This document shows, piece after piece, positions 48,416 to 59,707 of a stretch of DNA of 64,000 nucleotides. Positions within the stretch are counted from its first letter, which is position 1. Every line of letters starts with the position of its first letter. Below the pieces are notes generated by a model. The model saw only the letters and a program-made list of their open reading frames with translations. It had not been told where the DNA came from and made no database searches. A program made the translations under genes and the position numbers. Origin of the DNA: Candidatus Binatia bacterium (GTDB taxonomy: Bacteria; Desulfobacterota; Binatia; HRBIN30); assembly GCA_038245295.1 (NCBI GenBank), contig JBBRSP010000006.1:32001-96000 (forward strand), written 5' to 3'.

Positions 48416-49384
48416 GTGGCAGATTCACCGCAAGAGCAATCCAAGAAGCATTGGTGGTCATCGGCATGGTTCAAACTGTCGCTGAGCTGCGTCATGCTTG
48501 GCGTCCTACTGTGGCGAACCGATCGTTCCGATCTGGTTGATGCATTCAGCAAGGCCACGCCTGGCTGGGCACTCGCAGGATTCCTGACGTATCTCCTCAG
48601 CATGGTGGTCGCGGCGGTGCGGTGGACAATGCTCGCACGTCCGCTCGGGTTTGATGCGCCGCGTTCGCGATTCTTCGGATCCTATTTCACCGGCATGTAC
48701 ATGAACCTCTTCGCCCCGAGCACGGTCGCCGGAGACATCGCGCGTGCACTTTACATCGCCGGTGGCCCGGGTCGACGCGCTCTGGCGCTGACGACGGTCA
48801 TTGCCGATCGAGGTCTCGGCTTCGTCGTCCTCGTCGGCATCGGCGCAACCGCGATCCTCTTTCAACCGTCGTACGGACTGCCACCGCTGGTGTACTATGG
48901 TGCATGGGTCGTCCCGCCAGCGACAGTTCTTGGTTGGCTCTATGGTCCGAAGCTGGTGGTAAGGTTCCTTCCGCGACAGAATCGTTGGCGGCAGATGGTT
49001 GAAACCGACCTGCATCCCTATTGGAAAGACTACCGCCTACTGATCGAGACCAGCGCGGTAGCCGCTGCCTTCCACCTGCTACAGATCTTCTCCCAAACCT
49101 TCATCGCCTGGTCGCTCGGCCTTGATATACCGTGGGCGTATTTCTTGATTTTCATCCCGATCGTCAACATCGCCGGCATGGCGCCGATCAGTTTCAGCGG
49201 TATCGGTGTGCGCGAGACCGGCTATGTCTATTTCCTCGGCCGGTTAGCGGTCGAACGCCACGATGCCGTGGCTCTCGGCTTGCTTGCCAGCGGCGTGGTT
49301 CTGCTCTCCGGACTGGCGGGTGGGCTGGTGTACCTGGTCTGGGATGCACCGAAGCCGGCATCGTTCCCGACCCGCAGCGCTTGA
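48416..49384 (+). CDS. Lysylphosphatidylglycerol synthase TM-domain (UPF0104 flippase-like) protein
   Basis: RW..L, NLFAPSTVAGD, DRGLG, PISFSGIGVRE. Confidence 0.85.
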   Translation: MADSPQEQSKKHWWSSAWFKLSLSCVMLGVLLWRTDRSDLVDAFSKATPGWALAGFLTYLLSMVVAAVRWTMLARPLGFDAPRSRFFGSYFTGMYMNLFAPSTVAGDIARALYIAGGPGRRALALTTVIADRGLGFVVLVGIGATAILFQPSYGLPPLVYYGAWVVPPATVLGWLYGPKLVVRFLPRQNRWRQMVETDLHPYWKDYRLLIETSAVAAAFHLLQIFSQTFIAWSLGLDIPWAYFLIFIPIVNIAGMAPISFSGIGVRETGYVYFLGRLAVERHDAVALGLLASGVVLLSGLAGGLVYLVWDAPKPASFPTRSA

Positions 49385-49392
49385 GGCGCGGG

Positions 49393-49806
49393 TCAGAATC
49401 CTACTTCTTCAAAACTGACGATCTCCGCCGTTGTCTTGAAGCGCCCGTCGGCACGCGCCGGCAAGGGCGGAGACGGCCTGTAACTAAAGGCGACCTTTTC
49501 ACCTGAAGGGAGATCCGTGGGGTGAACGTAGTACATGGCTCGCGCCGGATTATCGATTCCAGGGTGCTGCTCATCGCGCCACAACCACGCGTGACGGATA
49601 AGGACCTTGATACCACGCAGAGCATAGCGTGAGTGGTTGACGAGGGTGCCCGACACGTCGCCCTCGTGAATTGCGACGTTCTCAAGGGTCACGGTCTCGG
49701 TAACCTCTCGGTTGTTGGTTACCCGTTCGGCAACCTGGGCGCCGACTGCACCGACACGCAACGCGATTGCGCCGACCACGATGAAACACGTTGCCAACCT
49801 CTTCAT
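49393..49806 (-). CDS. Secreted hypothetical protein
   Basis: Signal peptide MKRLATCFIVVGAIAL; beta-rich mature region; GGAGG RBS. Confidence 0.65.
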   Translation of the reverse strand: MKRLATCFIVVGAIALRVGAVGAQVAERVTNNREVTETVTLENVAIHEGDVSGTLVNHSRYALRGIKVLIRHAWLWRDEQHPGIDNPARAMYYVHPTDLPSGEKVAFSYRPSPPLPARADGRFKTTAEIVSFEEVGF

Positions 49807-49951
49807 GGCTCGATCCTCCCTGCCCTGGTGCGCTTACTAAAGAACGGCGATGAGGGGAAGTTGGAATTCGCCTCGGGGCGTGCGGCAGGCACCACGCACA
49901 CGCCTCTGTCTACATTGATCTCGTTGACGCTCGTCGCTACCCCGAACAGCG

Positions 49952-50470
49952 ATGACTACATCGCCCTCGTGGCGACGCCCGTGGGGTCCGCCGATCCGTC
50001 CGGGCACGCGGCCCGACTTCTCGATCATCCTACCCGAACTTCTGGTCGGTCAGTATCCGACACCTGCCGACGCAAGCTGGTTGTCGCGCGAGCATGGAGT
50101 TCGCACAGTAGTCAACTTGCAGGATGACGGCGACCTGAACAGCAAGGGACTCCGCTCAGAGGAGCTCGAAGTCGCCTACCGCACGATCGGGATTGCCTAC
50201 CATCGCCTGCCGATCACGGATTGCGACAATGCCATGCTGCGCGCGCGCCTTGCTGACTGTCTGCGCACGCTCGCCACCGCGATTCGCGACTCGCCTCGCG
50301 TCTACCTACATTGCAACGCCGGTATGAACCGCGCCCCTACCGTCGCCATCGCCTATTTGCACACGCATCAAGGCTTGTCCCTCGCCGAAGCGCGCCACTT
50401 CTTTGGGCAGCGGCGCCATTGCGTCCCCTACATGACGGTGTTGGAGGAATACTTCACCGCCAAACCGTGA
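49952..50470 (+). CDS. Dual-specificity protein phosphatase
   Basis: VYLHCNAGMNRAPT (HCxxGxxR), VVNLQ, LPITD. Confidence 0.9.
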   Translation: MTTSPSWRRPWGPPIRPGTRPDFSIILPELLVGQYPTPADASWLSREHGVRTVVNLQDDGDLNSKGLRSEELEVAYRTIGIAYHRLPITDCDNAMLRARLADCLRTLATAIRDSPRVYLHCNAGMNRAPTVAIAYLHTHQGLSLAEARHFFGQRRHCVPYMTVLEEYFTAKP

Positions 50471-50569
50471 ACAGAACCACATCTCTGGTTGACCCAGGTG
50501 CTGTGTTCGCTAGTGTTCACGCTCGCCGTTAGACGCCGGAACAGTTCGTCCGGTACGCGCCAAATTCAA

Positions 50570-52501
50570 ATGTCCGAACACGACTCATCGCATCCTCTGA
50601 AAGCGGAGCACTCGGCGCACGGCGCACACGGAAACCAAACCTCTTTGGCGCTCAGTCTCGCCGCACTCGGTGTCGTCTATGGCGACATTGGGACTTCCCC
50701 ACTCTACGCCGTGCGGGAGTGCTTCATTGGGCCGCACGCGGTGCCGATTCAATCGGCAAACGTCCTCGGCGTTCTCTCTCTGATCTTCTGGTCGCTCATC
50801 GTCGTTATATCGGTCAAGTATTTGCTGTTCGTCATGCGCGCCGACAACGAGGGCGAGGGTGGGATTCTCGCCCTACTGGCGTTGATTGCCCCACGTGGCG
50901 CGTCGACCTCGCGTCGCGCCACCCTGATCCTGCTCGGTTTGTTCGGCGCGGCGCTCCTATACGGGGATGGAGTCATCACGCCAGCGATCTCGGTGCTCTC
51001 CGCCATTGAAGGCTTCAATGTCGCCACCGATGCGTTCGAACCGTTCATTCTACCGATCGCGATCGGAATCCTGTTCGCTTTGTTTGCCATGCAACGGCGC
51101 GGCACCGCCGGTCTAGGTGCCATCTTCGGCCCGACGATGTTGGTCTGGTTCGTCAGCATCGGCGCACTTGGGCTTTATGCAATTCTGACCCAGCCCACCA
51201 AGAGCGTCTCGGTGCTCAACGCCGTCAATCCATGGTATGCCTTGGCGTTCTTCTATCGCAACGGGGCCCACGGATTCTTCATCCTCGGCTCGGTAGTCCT
51301 CTGTGTCACCGGCGGCGAAGCCCTCTATGCCGACATGGGCCACTTCGGCCCGACACCCATCCGACGAGCATGGTATGCTGTTGTGTTTCCTGGCTTGCTG
51401 CTCAACTACTTCGGTCAAGGCGCGCTCCTCCTCGCCGAGAAAGGTGAGGTCGCCAATCCGTTTTTCGAGCTGGCGCCTACCTGGGCGCTGTACCCGCTCG
51501 TCATCCTGGCAACGGCAGCGACGATCATCGCTTCCCAAGCGCTGATCTCCGGATCATTCTCGCTCACGCAACAGGCAACTCAGCTGGGCTACATGCCGCG
51601 TTTCACCATCGTGCATACGTCCGACAAGGCGGCCGGACAGATCTTCATCCCCGAAGTGAATCGGGCGCTGATGGTCGCCTGTGTCGTCCTGGTGCTCGGC
51701 TTCAAGACCTCGAGCAATCTGGCGGCTGCCTATGGCATCGCCGTCACCGGAACGATGGCCGTCACGACAATTCTCTTTTACGTCGTTGCTCGCGAGCTGT
51801 GGAAGTGGCCGGCCTGGAAGGCTGGTTCTGTTGTCGCCGTCTTCTTGGCATTTGATCTCGCCTTCTTCTCGGCCAACCTCGCAAAAGTCTTCGACGGAGG
51901 ATGGTTCCCCTTAGTCGTGGGCCTTGCCGTCTTTACGATGCTGACAACCTGGAAACGCGGCCGCAGCGAGGTCGGTTCCATTCTGGCTAAGGCCGGCCTA
52001 CCGCTCGACCTGTTCTTGGCCGACATAGAAGCGCAACAGCCATACCGGGTCCCCGGAACCGCCGTCGTGATGACTTCCAATCCCGAGGGAGTACCTGCCG
52101 TCTTGTTGCATCACTTCAAACACAACAAGACCTTGCACGAGCGCGTCGTACTTCTCTCCATCGTCACAGAGAAACGCCCCGAAGTCGCCGACGACGAACG
52201 CATCGACGTGACAAATCTGAGCCACGGCTTCTATCGTGTCGTTGCTCACTTCGGCTTCATGGAAACGCCACGCATTCAGCGCATCATGCACTTGTGCCAC
52301 GCCAAGGGGTTGGCGTTCGATATGATGGCAACCACCTTCGTCCTGGGTCGCGAGACGCTCCTGCCGACAGGCCGGGCCCGCATGGCGACGTGGCGTAAGC
52401 GACTATTTGCCTTCCTGGCGCGTAATACACCGTCGGCCACGGCGTATTACGAGATCCCACCCAATCGCGTCATCGAGCTCGGCGCCCAGCTCGAACTCTA
52501 G
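50570..52501 (+). CDS. kup: KUP-family potassium transporter
   Basis: LGVVYGDIGTSPLY, ADNEGEGG, GDGVITPAISVLSA, TGGEALYADMGHFG, AYGIAV. Confidence 0.97.
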   Translation: MSEHDSSHPLKAEHSAHGAHGNQTSLALSLAALGVVYGDIGTSPLYAVRECFIGPHAVPIQSANVLGVLSLIFWSLIVVISVKYLLFVMRADNEGEGGILALLALIAPRGASTSRRATLILLGLFGAALLYGDGVITPAISVLSAIEGFNVATDAFEPFILPIAIGILFALFAMQRRGTAGLGAIFGPTMLVWFVSIGALGLYAILTQPTKSVSVLNAVNPWYALAFFYRNGAHGFFILGSVVLCVTGGEALYADMGHFGPTPIRRAWYAVVFPGLLLNYFGQGALLLAEKGEVANPFFELAPTWALYPLVILATAATIIASQALISGSFSLTQQATQLGYMPRFTIVHTSDKAAGQIFIPEVNRALMVACVVLVLGFKTSSNLAAAYGIAVTGTMAVTTILFYVVARELWKWPAWKAGSVVAVFLAFDLAFFSANLAKVFDGGWFPLVVGLAVFTMLTTWKRGRSEVGSILAKAGLPLDLFLADIEAQQPYRVPGTAVVMTSNPEGVPAVLLHHFKHNKTLHERVVLLSIVTEKRPEVADDERIDVTNLSHGFYRVVAHFGFMETPRIQRIMHLCHAKGLAFDMMATTFVLGRETLLPTGRARMATWRKRLFAFLARNTPSATAYYEIPPNRVIELGAQLEL

Positions 52502-52789
52502 TCACCAGCCCCTGTTCGGCGGCATGCGTTCGTTAGCCGGACCGCCACGACCCGCCCAACGCCCTTCAGGTGGAAGAACACGTCGCCGTGGTGGAGGTCT
52601 TGAATCCGACCATCACAGGATACGGGGAGCGGCTGCAATTCGAGGGATCGGTCACGTGGCAAAATCACACGCGGAGGCTCATACTGGTACTCGCGAGACA
52701 CTGATCCGTAGACGCCGGGAGGCGCCGATCTGCAGAGGCGAAATGTTGAATGATGTGGTTGCGCTGCCAGCGGCAGCACAGGGGAACGC

Positions 52790-52945
52790 TCAGGCGAGCG
52801 CGCGCTTGGCTTTCGTCACCACCACCACCTCCTGCCCATTGACCCGCACAGTCCTTCTGTCGTTCGGGTTTTGCCGCCCCCCCTGCTTCTGGGCTCGGGC
52901 TTCACGCCACTTCTGTAGCTCTTTTTCCAAATTGTCTTTGGCCAC
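52790..52945 (-). CDS. Small basic protein (51 aa) directly after rpoD
   Basis: Manual translation MAKDNLEKELQKWREARAQKQGGRQNPNDRRTVRVNGQEVVVVTKAKRALA; GTG start after AAGGAGAAGGGAGGG; below the ORF-track length cutoff. Confidence 0.7.
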   Translation of the reverse strand: MAKDNLEKELQKWREARAQKQGGRQNPNDRRTVRVNGQEVVVVTKAKRALA

Positions 52946-52970
52946 TTTCCCTCCCTTCTCCTTTACGGAT

Positions 52971-54746
52971 CTAACTGTTGTTCACGAAGGCCTCGATCGA
53001 CTTGGCACGACTCGGGTGCCGCAGCTTGCGCAATGCCTTCGCTTCAATCTGGCGAATACGTTCGCGGGTTACCGCGAAACGCTGGCCAACTTCTTCCAAT
53101 GTGTAATCGGATTTTTCACCGATGCCGAAGCGCATGCGCAAGATCTGCTCCTCACGTGGGGTGAGAGTCGCCAGAACCTTGCGGGTCTGCTCCTCGAGGC
53201 TGGTGTAAACGGCGGCGTCGGAAGGCGACACAGTCTGGCGATCCTCGACAAAATCGCCCAGCGAACTCTCTTCCTCGTCGCCAATCGGAGTCTCCAGCGA
53301 CACCGGCTCTTTGACGATGCGAAGAACCTTGCGCACCTTGTCGAGCGGCATCTCCATCTTCGCCGCGATCTCTTCGGGCGTAGGTTCGCGGCCCAGTTGC
53401 TGTACCAGGTAGCGCGAGGAGCGGACGACTTTATTGATCGTCTCGATCATATGGACCGGGATACGGATCGTGCGTGCCTGGTCCGCAATGGCGCGGCTCA
53501 CCGACTGACGGATCCACCACGTCGCGTAGGTCGAAAATTTGTAGCCGCGTTGATACTCGAACTTCTCGACGGCGCGCATGAGGCCGATGTTGCCCTCTTG
53601 CACGAGGTCGAGGAAACCGAGGCCGCGGTTGGTGTACCGTTTGGCAATACTGACCACCAACCGAAGGTTGGCTTCGATCAGGCGCTTCTTCCCTTCTTGA
53701 GCCTTGTCTTCACCCGAGCGGATGATGCGCAGGGCGCGCGACAAGTTCTCGAAATCCATGCCGACTTCCCGCTCGGCTTCCGCCATTCGACGGCGCGCGT
53801 TGCGCACATCCTCAACCAGATTGCGCGCCTGCTCGACGCCCAGCTTCAGACGTCGACTCGCCGTGGTCGCCTCGCGCGAGTCTTCCGAGCGCACCTTCCC
53901 GGAGGAGCGCAGAATCTCGGCGGCGGGCTTGCCGCTGCGGCGCTCGAGCACCGCAATGACATCTTGCTGCTGGTCGATGAAACGCCATGCCATACGCAGC
54001 TTTTCGGTGATACTGGCAATGTGGCGCCGGCCGATCTCTAAACCTTCCAGCAGCTTGCGCGTCTTCAGGTCGAGTTGCTTCGATTTGCGCTCGATCTGCA
54101 GGACAGCCTTGGGTTGAGCTCGCTTCTGACGCAGTTCCTCATCAAGCTCGCGCCGCTCCACCACCAACCGTCGCAACTTCTCGAGTTGCTTGAGGATCAA
54201 CCCTTCGGGCTCTTCCTCCACAATCTCTTCCGACTCGAGGTCGGTTTCCTCGACCTGCTCTTCGTCCAGGAGATCCCGCTCAGACATCTCCCCGGCGATG
54301 ATGCGATCAGCCAACTCGAGGAGGTACGAGCGCGTGAATGGTAGCTCGAGGACCTGTTCGCGGACGTCGGTCTCACCCGCCTCGATCTGCTTGGCAATCT
54401 CAACTTCTTGTTCGCGGGTCAGCAGCGAGACGGCGCCCATCTCCTGCAGGTACATGCGAACCGGATCGGAGGTATCCTCGGCGAAGCTCTTCTCTTCGCG
54501 CTCCTCCTCAACCCAGTCCTCTTTCGCGTCTTCTTTATCGGCGAGATTCGGTTCGGCAAGGGGGTCGACGGCTTCCACGTCGATCTCGCCGAGCATGGTA
54601 ATCGCTCCATCAAGCTCGTCGGAGGGCGTCGGATCCTCGGGAGACGGATCGGCAGCCTCTTCTACGAACGGCGCAGGACCGGCCCCAGCCTTGACTGACT
54701 TCTTGGCGCTTGATTCGCGCCGCTTCTCGGACCGTCGCTCCTTCAC
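52971..54746 (-). CDS. rpoD: RpoD-like sigma-70 factor
   Basis: [56 protein letters not shown]...[19 protein letters not shown]. Confidence 0.95.
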   Translation of the reverse strand: MKERRSEKRRESSAKKSVKAGAGPAPFVEEAADPSPEDPTPSDELDGAITMLGEIDVEAVDPLAEPNLADKEDAKEDWVEEEREEKSFAEDTSDPVRMYLQEMGAVSLLTREQEVEIAKQIEAGETDVREQVLELPFTRSYLLELADRIIAGEMSERDLLDEEQVEETDLESEEIVEEEPEGLILKQLEKLRRLVVERRELDEELRQKRAQPKAVLQIERKSKQLDLKTRKLLEGLEIGRRHIASITEKLRMAWRFIDQQQDVIAVLERRSGKPAAEILRSSGKVRSEDSREATTASRRLKLGVEQARNLVEDVRNARRRMAEAEREVGMDFENLSRALRIIRSGEDKAQEGKKRLIEANLRLVVSIAKRYTNRGLGFLDLVQEGNIGLMRAVEKFEYQRGYKFSTYATWWIRQSVSRAIADQARTIRIPVHMIETINKVVRSSRYLVQQLGREPTPEEIAAKMEMPLDKVRKVLRIVKEPVSLETPIGDEEESSLGDFVEDRQTVSPSDAAVYTSLEEQTRKVLATLTPREEQILRMRFGIGEKSDYTLEEVGQRFAVTRERIRQIEAKALRKLRHPSRAKSIEAFVNNS

Positions 54747-55050
54747 GCGGCAACCCCCCTGGCACATCCTATCGCTCGGAGTTCCGAGACGAAGCAGTCG
54801 GTAAAGTTCGTCGTGTGGGACTCGCTCACGGCTAAGTCCGATGAATGGCTATTGATGACGCGTTCCACTTTGTCGATCGTCGCGTCGCTACACGCAGCGC
54901 TTTCGACGGCGAATTCACTGGATAAAAGCTTCGCTTGAATATTTTTGGTTGTAGACACCTTGATGTAGGCAGTCAAGGCATTTCATGGCGCGAACATGCA
55001 TGTCGCATCACAACGAAATCAATTCACACTCGCTTCGACGAAGCCGCACT

Positions 55051-56277
55051 TCAGCGGGCGCGACGACGAGCCGGCTTCGATCGAACGGGCACCGCGACGT
55101 TACGTTTCCCGCGTCGCGCTGCTGCTGTTTTCAGCGGCACACACTCGAGGATTTCCAGGTCGTAGCCGGGTAGGCTCACGAGATTGCGAGCGTAGTTGCT
55201 GAGCAGGCGAATCTTGCGCACACCGATATCGCGAAGAATCTGCGCGCCGATGCCGTAATCGCGGAAGTCGCGCTGCAACGTTGCGGTGTCTGTACTCGGA
55301 CGACTGCTGCGCTTCTTCTCCTGCTGCAGCTCGAGGATTTCGGAACCGCGGCCTTCGCGCCGCAAGTAGAGAACGACGCCCTTGCCCGCTGTACCGATTT
55401 CTTCCATCGCCTGATGCAGGAGCGCAGCCGTGTCGCGTTCGGCCATATTGAACACGTCGCCTGGTAGAAACTCAGCGTGGGCACGCACCAAGACCGGCTC
55501 ATCGGGCTGGATATCGCCCTTGACGAGAGCCACATGCTCTCCGTCGTCGACGTCGGTGTGGTACACGAGAATACGGAATTCGCCGCCATAGATACTACCC
55601 AGGCGCGCCTCGGCAACGCGGTGCACCAGGGAGTCATTGCGCAATCGATACTGAATCAAATCGGCGATCGTACAAATCTTGAGCCCGTGCGTCGCCGCGA
55701 ACCGCTCGACGTCCGGAAGACGCGCCATCGATCCGTCGTCCTTCATGATCTCGCAAATGATCGCCGCCGGGCGCAATCCGGCGAGCCGAGACAGATCTAC
55801 AGAGCCTTCCGTCTGCCCGGTACGTACCAGGACACCGCCGCGCCGGGCCCGCAGCGGGAAAATATGACCGGGGGTTACTAGATCGTTTGGCCGCGCACCA
55901 TCACGGATCGCTGTCTTGATCGTCATCGCACGGTCGGCCGCGGAGATGCCGTTGGTTATGCCGTGTCGGGCATCGATCGCCACGGTGAAAGCCGTGCCGA
56001 GCGGAGCACGATTCTCGGAGACCATCATGCTCAAGCCAAGCTCGGCGATACGAGACTCGGTTAGCGTCAGGCAGATCAGCCCGCGGCCGTATTTTGCCAT
56101 GAAGTTGATCGCTTCGGGCGTGACCTTCTCCGCCGCCATGCAGAGGTCACCCTCGTTCTCGCGGCTCTCGTCGTCCATCAGGACGACCATCTTGCCGGCA
56201 CGAATGTCGGCTATGGCGTCTTCGATCGGGCTGATCAGACTCGGGCGCTTCGGTGCCGGCCGGAAGGTTGTAAACAT
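55051..56277 (-). CDS. ribB: DHBP synthase fused to a degenerate GTP cyclohydrolase II domain (RibBX type)
   Basis: [39 protein letters not shown] intact; C-terminal domain lacks the Zn-binding Cys residues. Confidence 0.9.
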   Translation of the reverse strand: MFTTFRPAPKRPSLISPIEDAIADIRAGKMVVLMDDESRENEGDLCMAAEKVTPEAINFMAKYGRGLICLTLTESRIAELGLSMMVSENRAPLGTAFTVAIDARHGITNGISAADRAMTIKTAIRDGARPNDLVTPGHIFPLRARRGGVLVRTGQTEGSVDLSRLAGLRPAAIICEIMKDDGSMARLPDVERFAATHGLKICTIADLIQYRLRNDSLVHRVAEARLGSIYGGEFRILVYHTDVDDGEHVALVKGDIQPDEPVLVRAHAEFLPGDVFNMAERDTAALLHQAMEEIGTAGKGVVLYLRREGRGSEILELQQEKKRSSRPSTDTATLQRDFRDYGIGAQILRDIGVRKIRLLSNYARNLVSLPGYDLEILECVPLKTAAARRGKRNVAVPVRSKPARRRAR

Positions 56278-56403
56278 CGGCACGAGGTATAGCGTGATGG
56301 CCAACCTCAGAAAAGCAAGGCATCGCGACGTTTGTGCCCTTGCCACACGTGGGTATGTCGTGGATTATGCCGCCGACCAAAGGTTTTGTCTCGGGAGAAC
56401 GTA

Positions 56404-56880
56404 GTGCGGTTCATTGATGGGTTGGTGGGAGAGGCGGTGATCGTAGGCCCAGCGTGGAACTCGTTCCAGGCAACGATCGAAGGCCTCGTTGGGTTGTTGG
56501 TGGCGCAAGGTCGCGTACCGTTACCAATCGCCGACGTGGCCGTTCGTACGATTTGCGAACGAGAGCGGTTCGCCAGCACGGCGATGGTCGACATCGGGGT
56601 CAGCATTCCCCACGCTCGCGTCGAAGGGGTTGATGGGATCGTTGCCGCCTTGGCCGTGTCGCCGCGATCGGTCTACGAGGTCGCCGACGGCCTACCGATC
56701 ACAATTGTGGCCTTGGTTCTTTCCTCCCCCGACTTGAGCGGCGAACACCTCAACTTCCTCGCCTCGCTATCAATCCTCTTACAATCCGATCTGATGCGTC
56801 GGCGCCTACGTGAGGCCAGAGACGTCGGTGAAGTCCTACGCCTGGTCCGCGAAAGCGACCCGGTACGTTCCCAAAGTTGA
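56404..56880 (+). CDS. Stand-alone PTS EIIA (Ntr/Fru-type) domain protein
   Basis: ERERFAST, GVSIPHAR (phospho-His motif), HLNFLASLS; GTG start after GGGAG. Confidence 0.85.
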   Translation: MRFIDGLVGEAVIVGPAWNSFQATIEGLVGLLVAQGRVPLPIADVAVRTICERERFASTAMVDIGVSIPHARVEGVDGIVAALAVSPRSVYEVADGLPITIVALVLSSPDLSGEHLNFLASLSILLQSDLMRRRLREARDVGEVLRLVRESDPVRSQS

Positions 56881-56953
56881 CAGAGCACCCTGGCGAATAG
56901 GCTACCGGTGCGCTTCATTGCTGCTATGGTCCCGGACGATTTGAGGATGCCCC

Positions 56954-59707
56954 GTGACTAGTCTCGACTTTATCAATAGAGCAAACGCCGAGTACGTCGA
57001 GGCGTTATACGAAGAGTTCCGTCGCGATCCAAACTCGGTCGACGACACCTGGGCGCTGTTCTTCGCCGGGTTCGATGCGGCGCGCGGCAGCAATGGAGCC
57101 CAACCGGCGCAGACATCGACACTGCTGGCCATGCGCCCCGCACAGCATATCGGTGTCTTCGACTTGGTTCATTCGTATCGCGAGCTCGGCCACTTGATCG
57201 CCAATCTCGACCCGCTCGGACACAACCAGACGGCCCATCCGCTCCTCGAACCAAGCGAATTCGGCTTCAGCGCCGACGACCTGTCACGCGTCGTCGATGC
57301 ACCGATCCTCAAGGGTTACTCACGTGGTCCGTTGTCGGAAATCGTCGAGCACCTGCGCTCGACTTACTGCGGCACGATCGCCGTCGAGTACATGTACATC
57401 ACCGACAAGGAACAGCGAACCTGGCTGCAGGAACGCATGGAGCCGAATCTCAATAAACCCGACCTCAGCGGCAACGATCGTAAGCAAATCCTGTCGCAAT
57501 TGACGGCAACAGAAGGCTTCGAACAGTTCCTCCACACCAAATACGTCGGCCAGAAGCGTTTCTCGCTCGAAGGCGGCGACTCGATTATCCCGATGCTGGA
57601 TTTGATGATCGAGGACGGCGCGAAGTCGGGAGTCCGCGAGATCGTCATGGGGATGGCGCACCGCGGTCGCCTCAACGTCCTCGCTCATATCCTACGCAAG
57701 CCCTACGAAATGATCTTCTCCGAGTTCGAAGGGACTCGCCTGCCGTCCCACATTCTCGGCGACGGCGACGTCAAATATCACCTTGGGTACTCACGTGATC
57801 ACACCACCCGTGCCGGCTTGCCGATCCATCTTTCCTTGTGCTCCAACCCGAGCCATCTCGAAGTAATCAATCCGGTCGTCGAGGGTATCGTGCGCGCCAA
57901 ACAGCACTACCTCAACGACGACGAGCGCGAACAGGTCGTCCCCATTTTGATCCATGGGGACGCGGCGTTCACCGGCCAGGGCCTCGTATGGGAAACGCTC
58001 GCGCTGGCCGAGCTCACCGGTTACCACACCGGCGGCACGGTCCACATCATCATCAATAACCAGATTGGGTTCACCGCTACTCCGAAGGAATGTCGCTTCA
58101 CCCGTTACCCGAGCGATGTCGCCAAAGCGATCGAAGTGCCGGTGTTCCATGTCAATGGCGACGACCCGGAAGCGGCAGTCCATGCCGCACGCCTGGCGAT
58201 GGCATTTCGAGAGGAGTTCAAGAAGGACGTCATCATCGATCTCGTGTGCTACCGGCGTTACGGTCACAATGAAACGGATGAGCCGGCATTCACCCAGCCT
58301 GTCATGTATCGCGAGATCGCCGCCCATCCGACCGTACGGACGGTGTACGCAGATCGACTTCTCAACGAAGGCGTCGCCACCACCGAGGAAATCGAGCAAG
58401 GCGCCACCGCGCTGCGGGAGCTGTGGAACGACGCCTTGAACTATGCCCGTGACTTCATGCCGCGCCAGCAAGTGTTCGCGCTCGGCGGCGTTTGGAAGGG
58501 CATGCAGTGGGCCGGTAAAGACTGGAGCTCCCATACGGCAGTTCCAGCGGAGACGCTGCAGCGCATCGTCAAGAGCACGCTGGAGTTGCCGGCCGATTTC
58601 GCCGTCTTGCCAAAAGCCCGGAAGATCCTCGACCAGCGCGCCGAAATGCTCAAGGACGAGGGTTCGATCGACTGGGGCTGCGCCGAGATGTTGGCCTTCG
58701 GATCGCTGTTGCTCGAAGGCACCCATGTGCGGCTGAGCGGGCAGGACAGCGGCCGCGGCACGTTTAGTCATCGACACTCGGTCCTGCGCGACATCAACAC
58801 GAACGCTCGCTACGAGCCGCTCAATCACTTGAGCGATTCTCAGGGCCGTTTTCGCGTCATCGACAGTATGCTGTCGGAAGCCGCCGTGCTCGGCTTCGAG
58901 TACGGGTTCGCCGCCGCCGACCCACGCAACCTCGTGTTGTGGGAAGGACAATTCGGCGACTTTGCCAACGGCGCACAAGCCATCATCGATCAGTTCATCG
59001 CCTCGGCCGAATCGAAATGGCAAAAGATGAGTGGTCTCGTGATGTTGCTGCCGCATGGCTACGAAGGCCAGGGGCCAGAGCACTCGAGCGCTAGACTCGA
59101 ACGGTATCTGCAGCTTTGCGCCGAAGACAATTTGCAGGTGTGCAACCTGTCGACACCGGCGCAGTATTTCCACGCCCTACGCCGCCAGATCCATCGGAAT
59201 TTCCGCAAGCCGCTGATCGTCATGAGCCCTAAGAGCCTGCTGCGTCATCGTTTGGCAGTCTCCCCGACCAGCGAGTTTACACATGGGACGTTTCAACCAC
59301 TGCTTCCAGAAGCCGAGCTCACCGACCTCGCCAAGGTCAATCGGATCGTCTTCTGCACCGGCAAGATCTACTACGATCTGCTGGTGGCGCGACGCGAGCG
59401 TGGCATCGACGATGTCGCCCTGATTCGGATCGAACAGCTCTACCCGTTCCCGGCAAAGGAAGTCGAAGCCGCCTTGGCCCAGTACAATCCGAAGTGCGAA
59501 ATCATCTGGGTGCAGGAAGAGCCTTGGAACATGGGCGCCTGGCACGAGATGTATCGTCGCCTGCGCCGGGTGTTGCCGGATGGGCGGGACGTCCAATACT
59601 CCGGTCGTAAGGCAGCGGCGAGTCCAGCCAGCGGTTCGTACAAAGTACACAACGCCGAACAAACTGAAATCATTAATAACGCCCTCCGGAGACCCCATGG
59701 CCGCTGA
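56954..59707 (+). CDS. sucA: 2-oxoglutarate dehydrogenase E1
   Basis: [56 protein letters not shown]. Confidence 0.98.
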   Translation: MTSLDFINRANAEYVEALYEEFRRDPNSVDDTWALFFAGFDAARGSNGAQPAQTSTLLAMRPAQHIGVFDLVHSYRELGHLIANLDPLGHNQTAHPLLEPSEFGFSADDLSRVVDAPILKGYSRGPLSEIVEHLRSTYCGTIAVEYMYITDKEQRTWLQERMEPNLNKPDLSGNDRKQILSQLTATEGFEQFLHTKYVGQKRFSLEGGDSIIPMLDLMIEDGAKSGVREIVMGMAHRGRLNVLAHILRKPYEMIFSEFEGTRLPSHILGDGDVKYHLGYSRDHTTRAGLPIHLSLCSNPSHLEVINPVVEGIVRAKQHYLNDDEREQVVPILIHGDAAFTGQGLVWETLALAELTGYHTGGTVHIIINNQIGFTATPKECRFTRYPSDVAKAIEVPVFHVNGDDPEAAVHAARLAMAFREEFKKDVIIDLVCYRRYGHNETDEPAFTQPVMYREIAAHPTVRTVYADRLLNEGVATTEEIEQGATALRELWNDALNYARDFMPRQQVFALGGVWKGMQWAGKDWSSHTAVPAETLQRIVKSTLELPADFAVLPKARKILDQRAEMLKDEGSIDWGCAEMLAFGSLLLEGTHVRLSGQDSGRGTFSHRHSVLRDINTNARYEPLNHLSDSQGRFRVIDSMLSEAAVLGFEYGFAAADPRNLVLWEGQFGDFANGAQAIIDQFIASAESKWQKMSGLVMLLPHGYEGQGPEHSSARLERYLQLCAEDNLQVCNLSTPAQYFHALRRQIHRNFRKPLIVMSPKSLLRHRLAVSPTSEFTHGTFQPLLPEAELTDLAKVNRIVFCTGKIYYDLLVARRERGIDDVALIRIEQLYPFPAKEVEAALAQYNPKCEIIWVQEEPWNMGAWHEMYRRLRRVLPDGRDVQYSGRKAAASPASGSYKVHNAEQTEIINNALRRPHGR

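Noticed and set aside
52498..52779. Possible second small ORF, tRNA or RNase P RNA downstream of rpoD
   Set aside because: No cloverleaf/TTCGA arm or rnpB motifs seen; the ORF has no clear RBS or family motif, so it is left uncalled
52407..54041. 544-aa plus-strand ORF and similar long shadow ORFs (10294-11733, 57791-59173, 61328-62380)
   Set aside because: Antisense to conserved genes, as expected in high-GC DNA; no recognisable motifs
54743..54976. 77-aa ORF ending in VAA upstream of rpoD, considered as tmRNA or a leader
   Set aside because: No tRNA-like ends and no RBS; more likely promoter DNA
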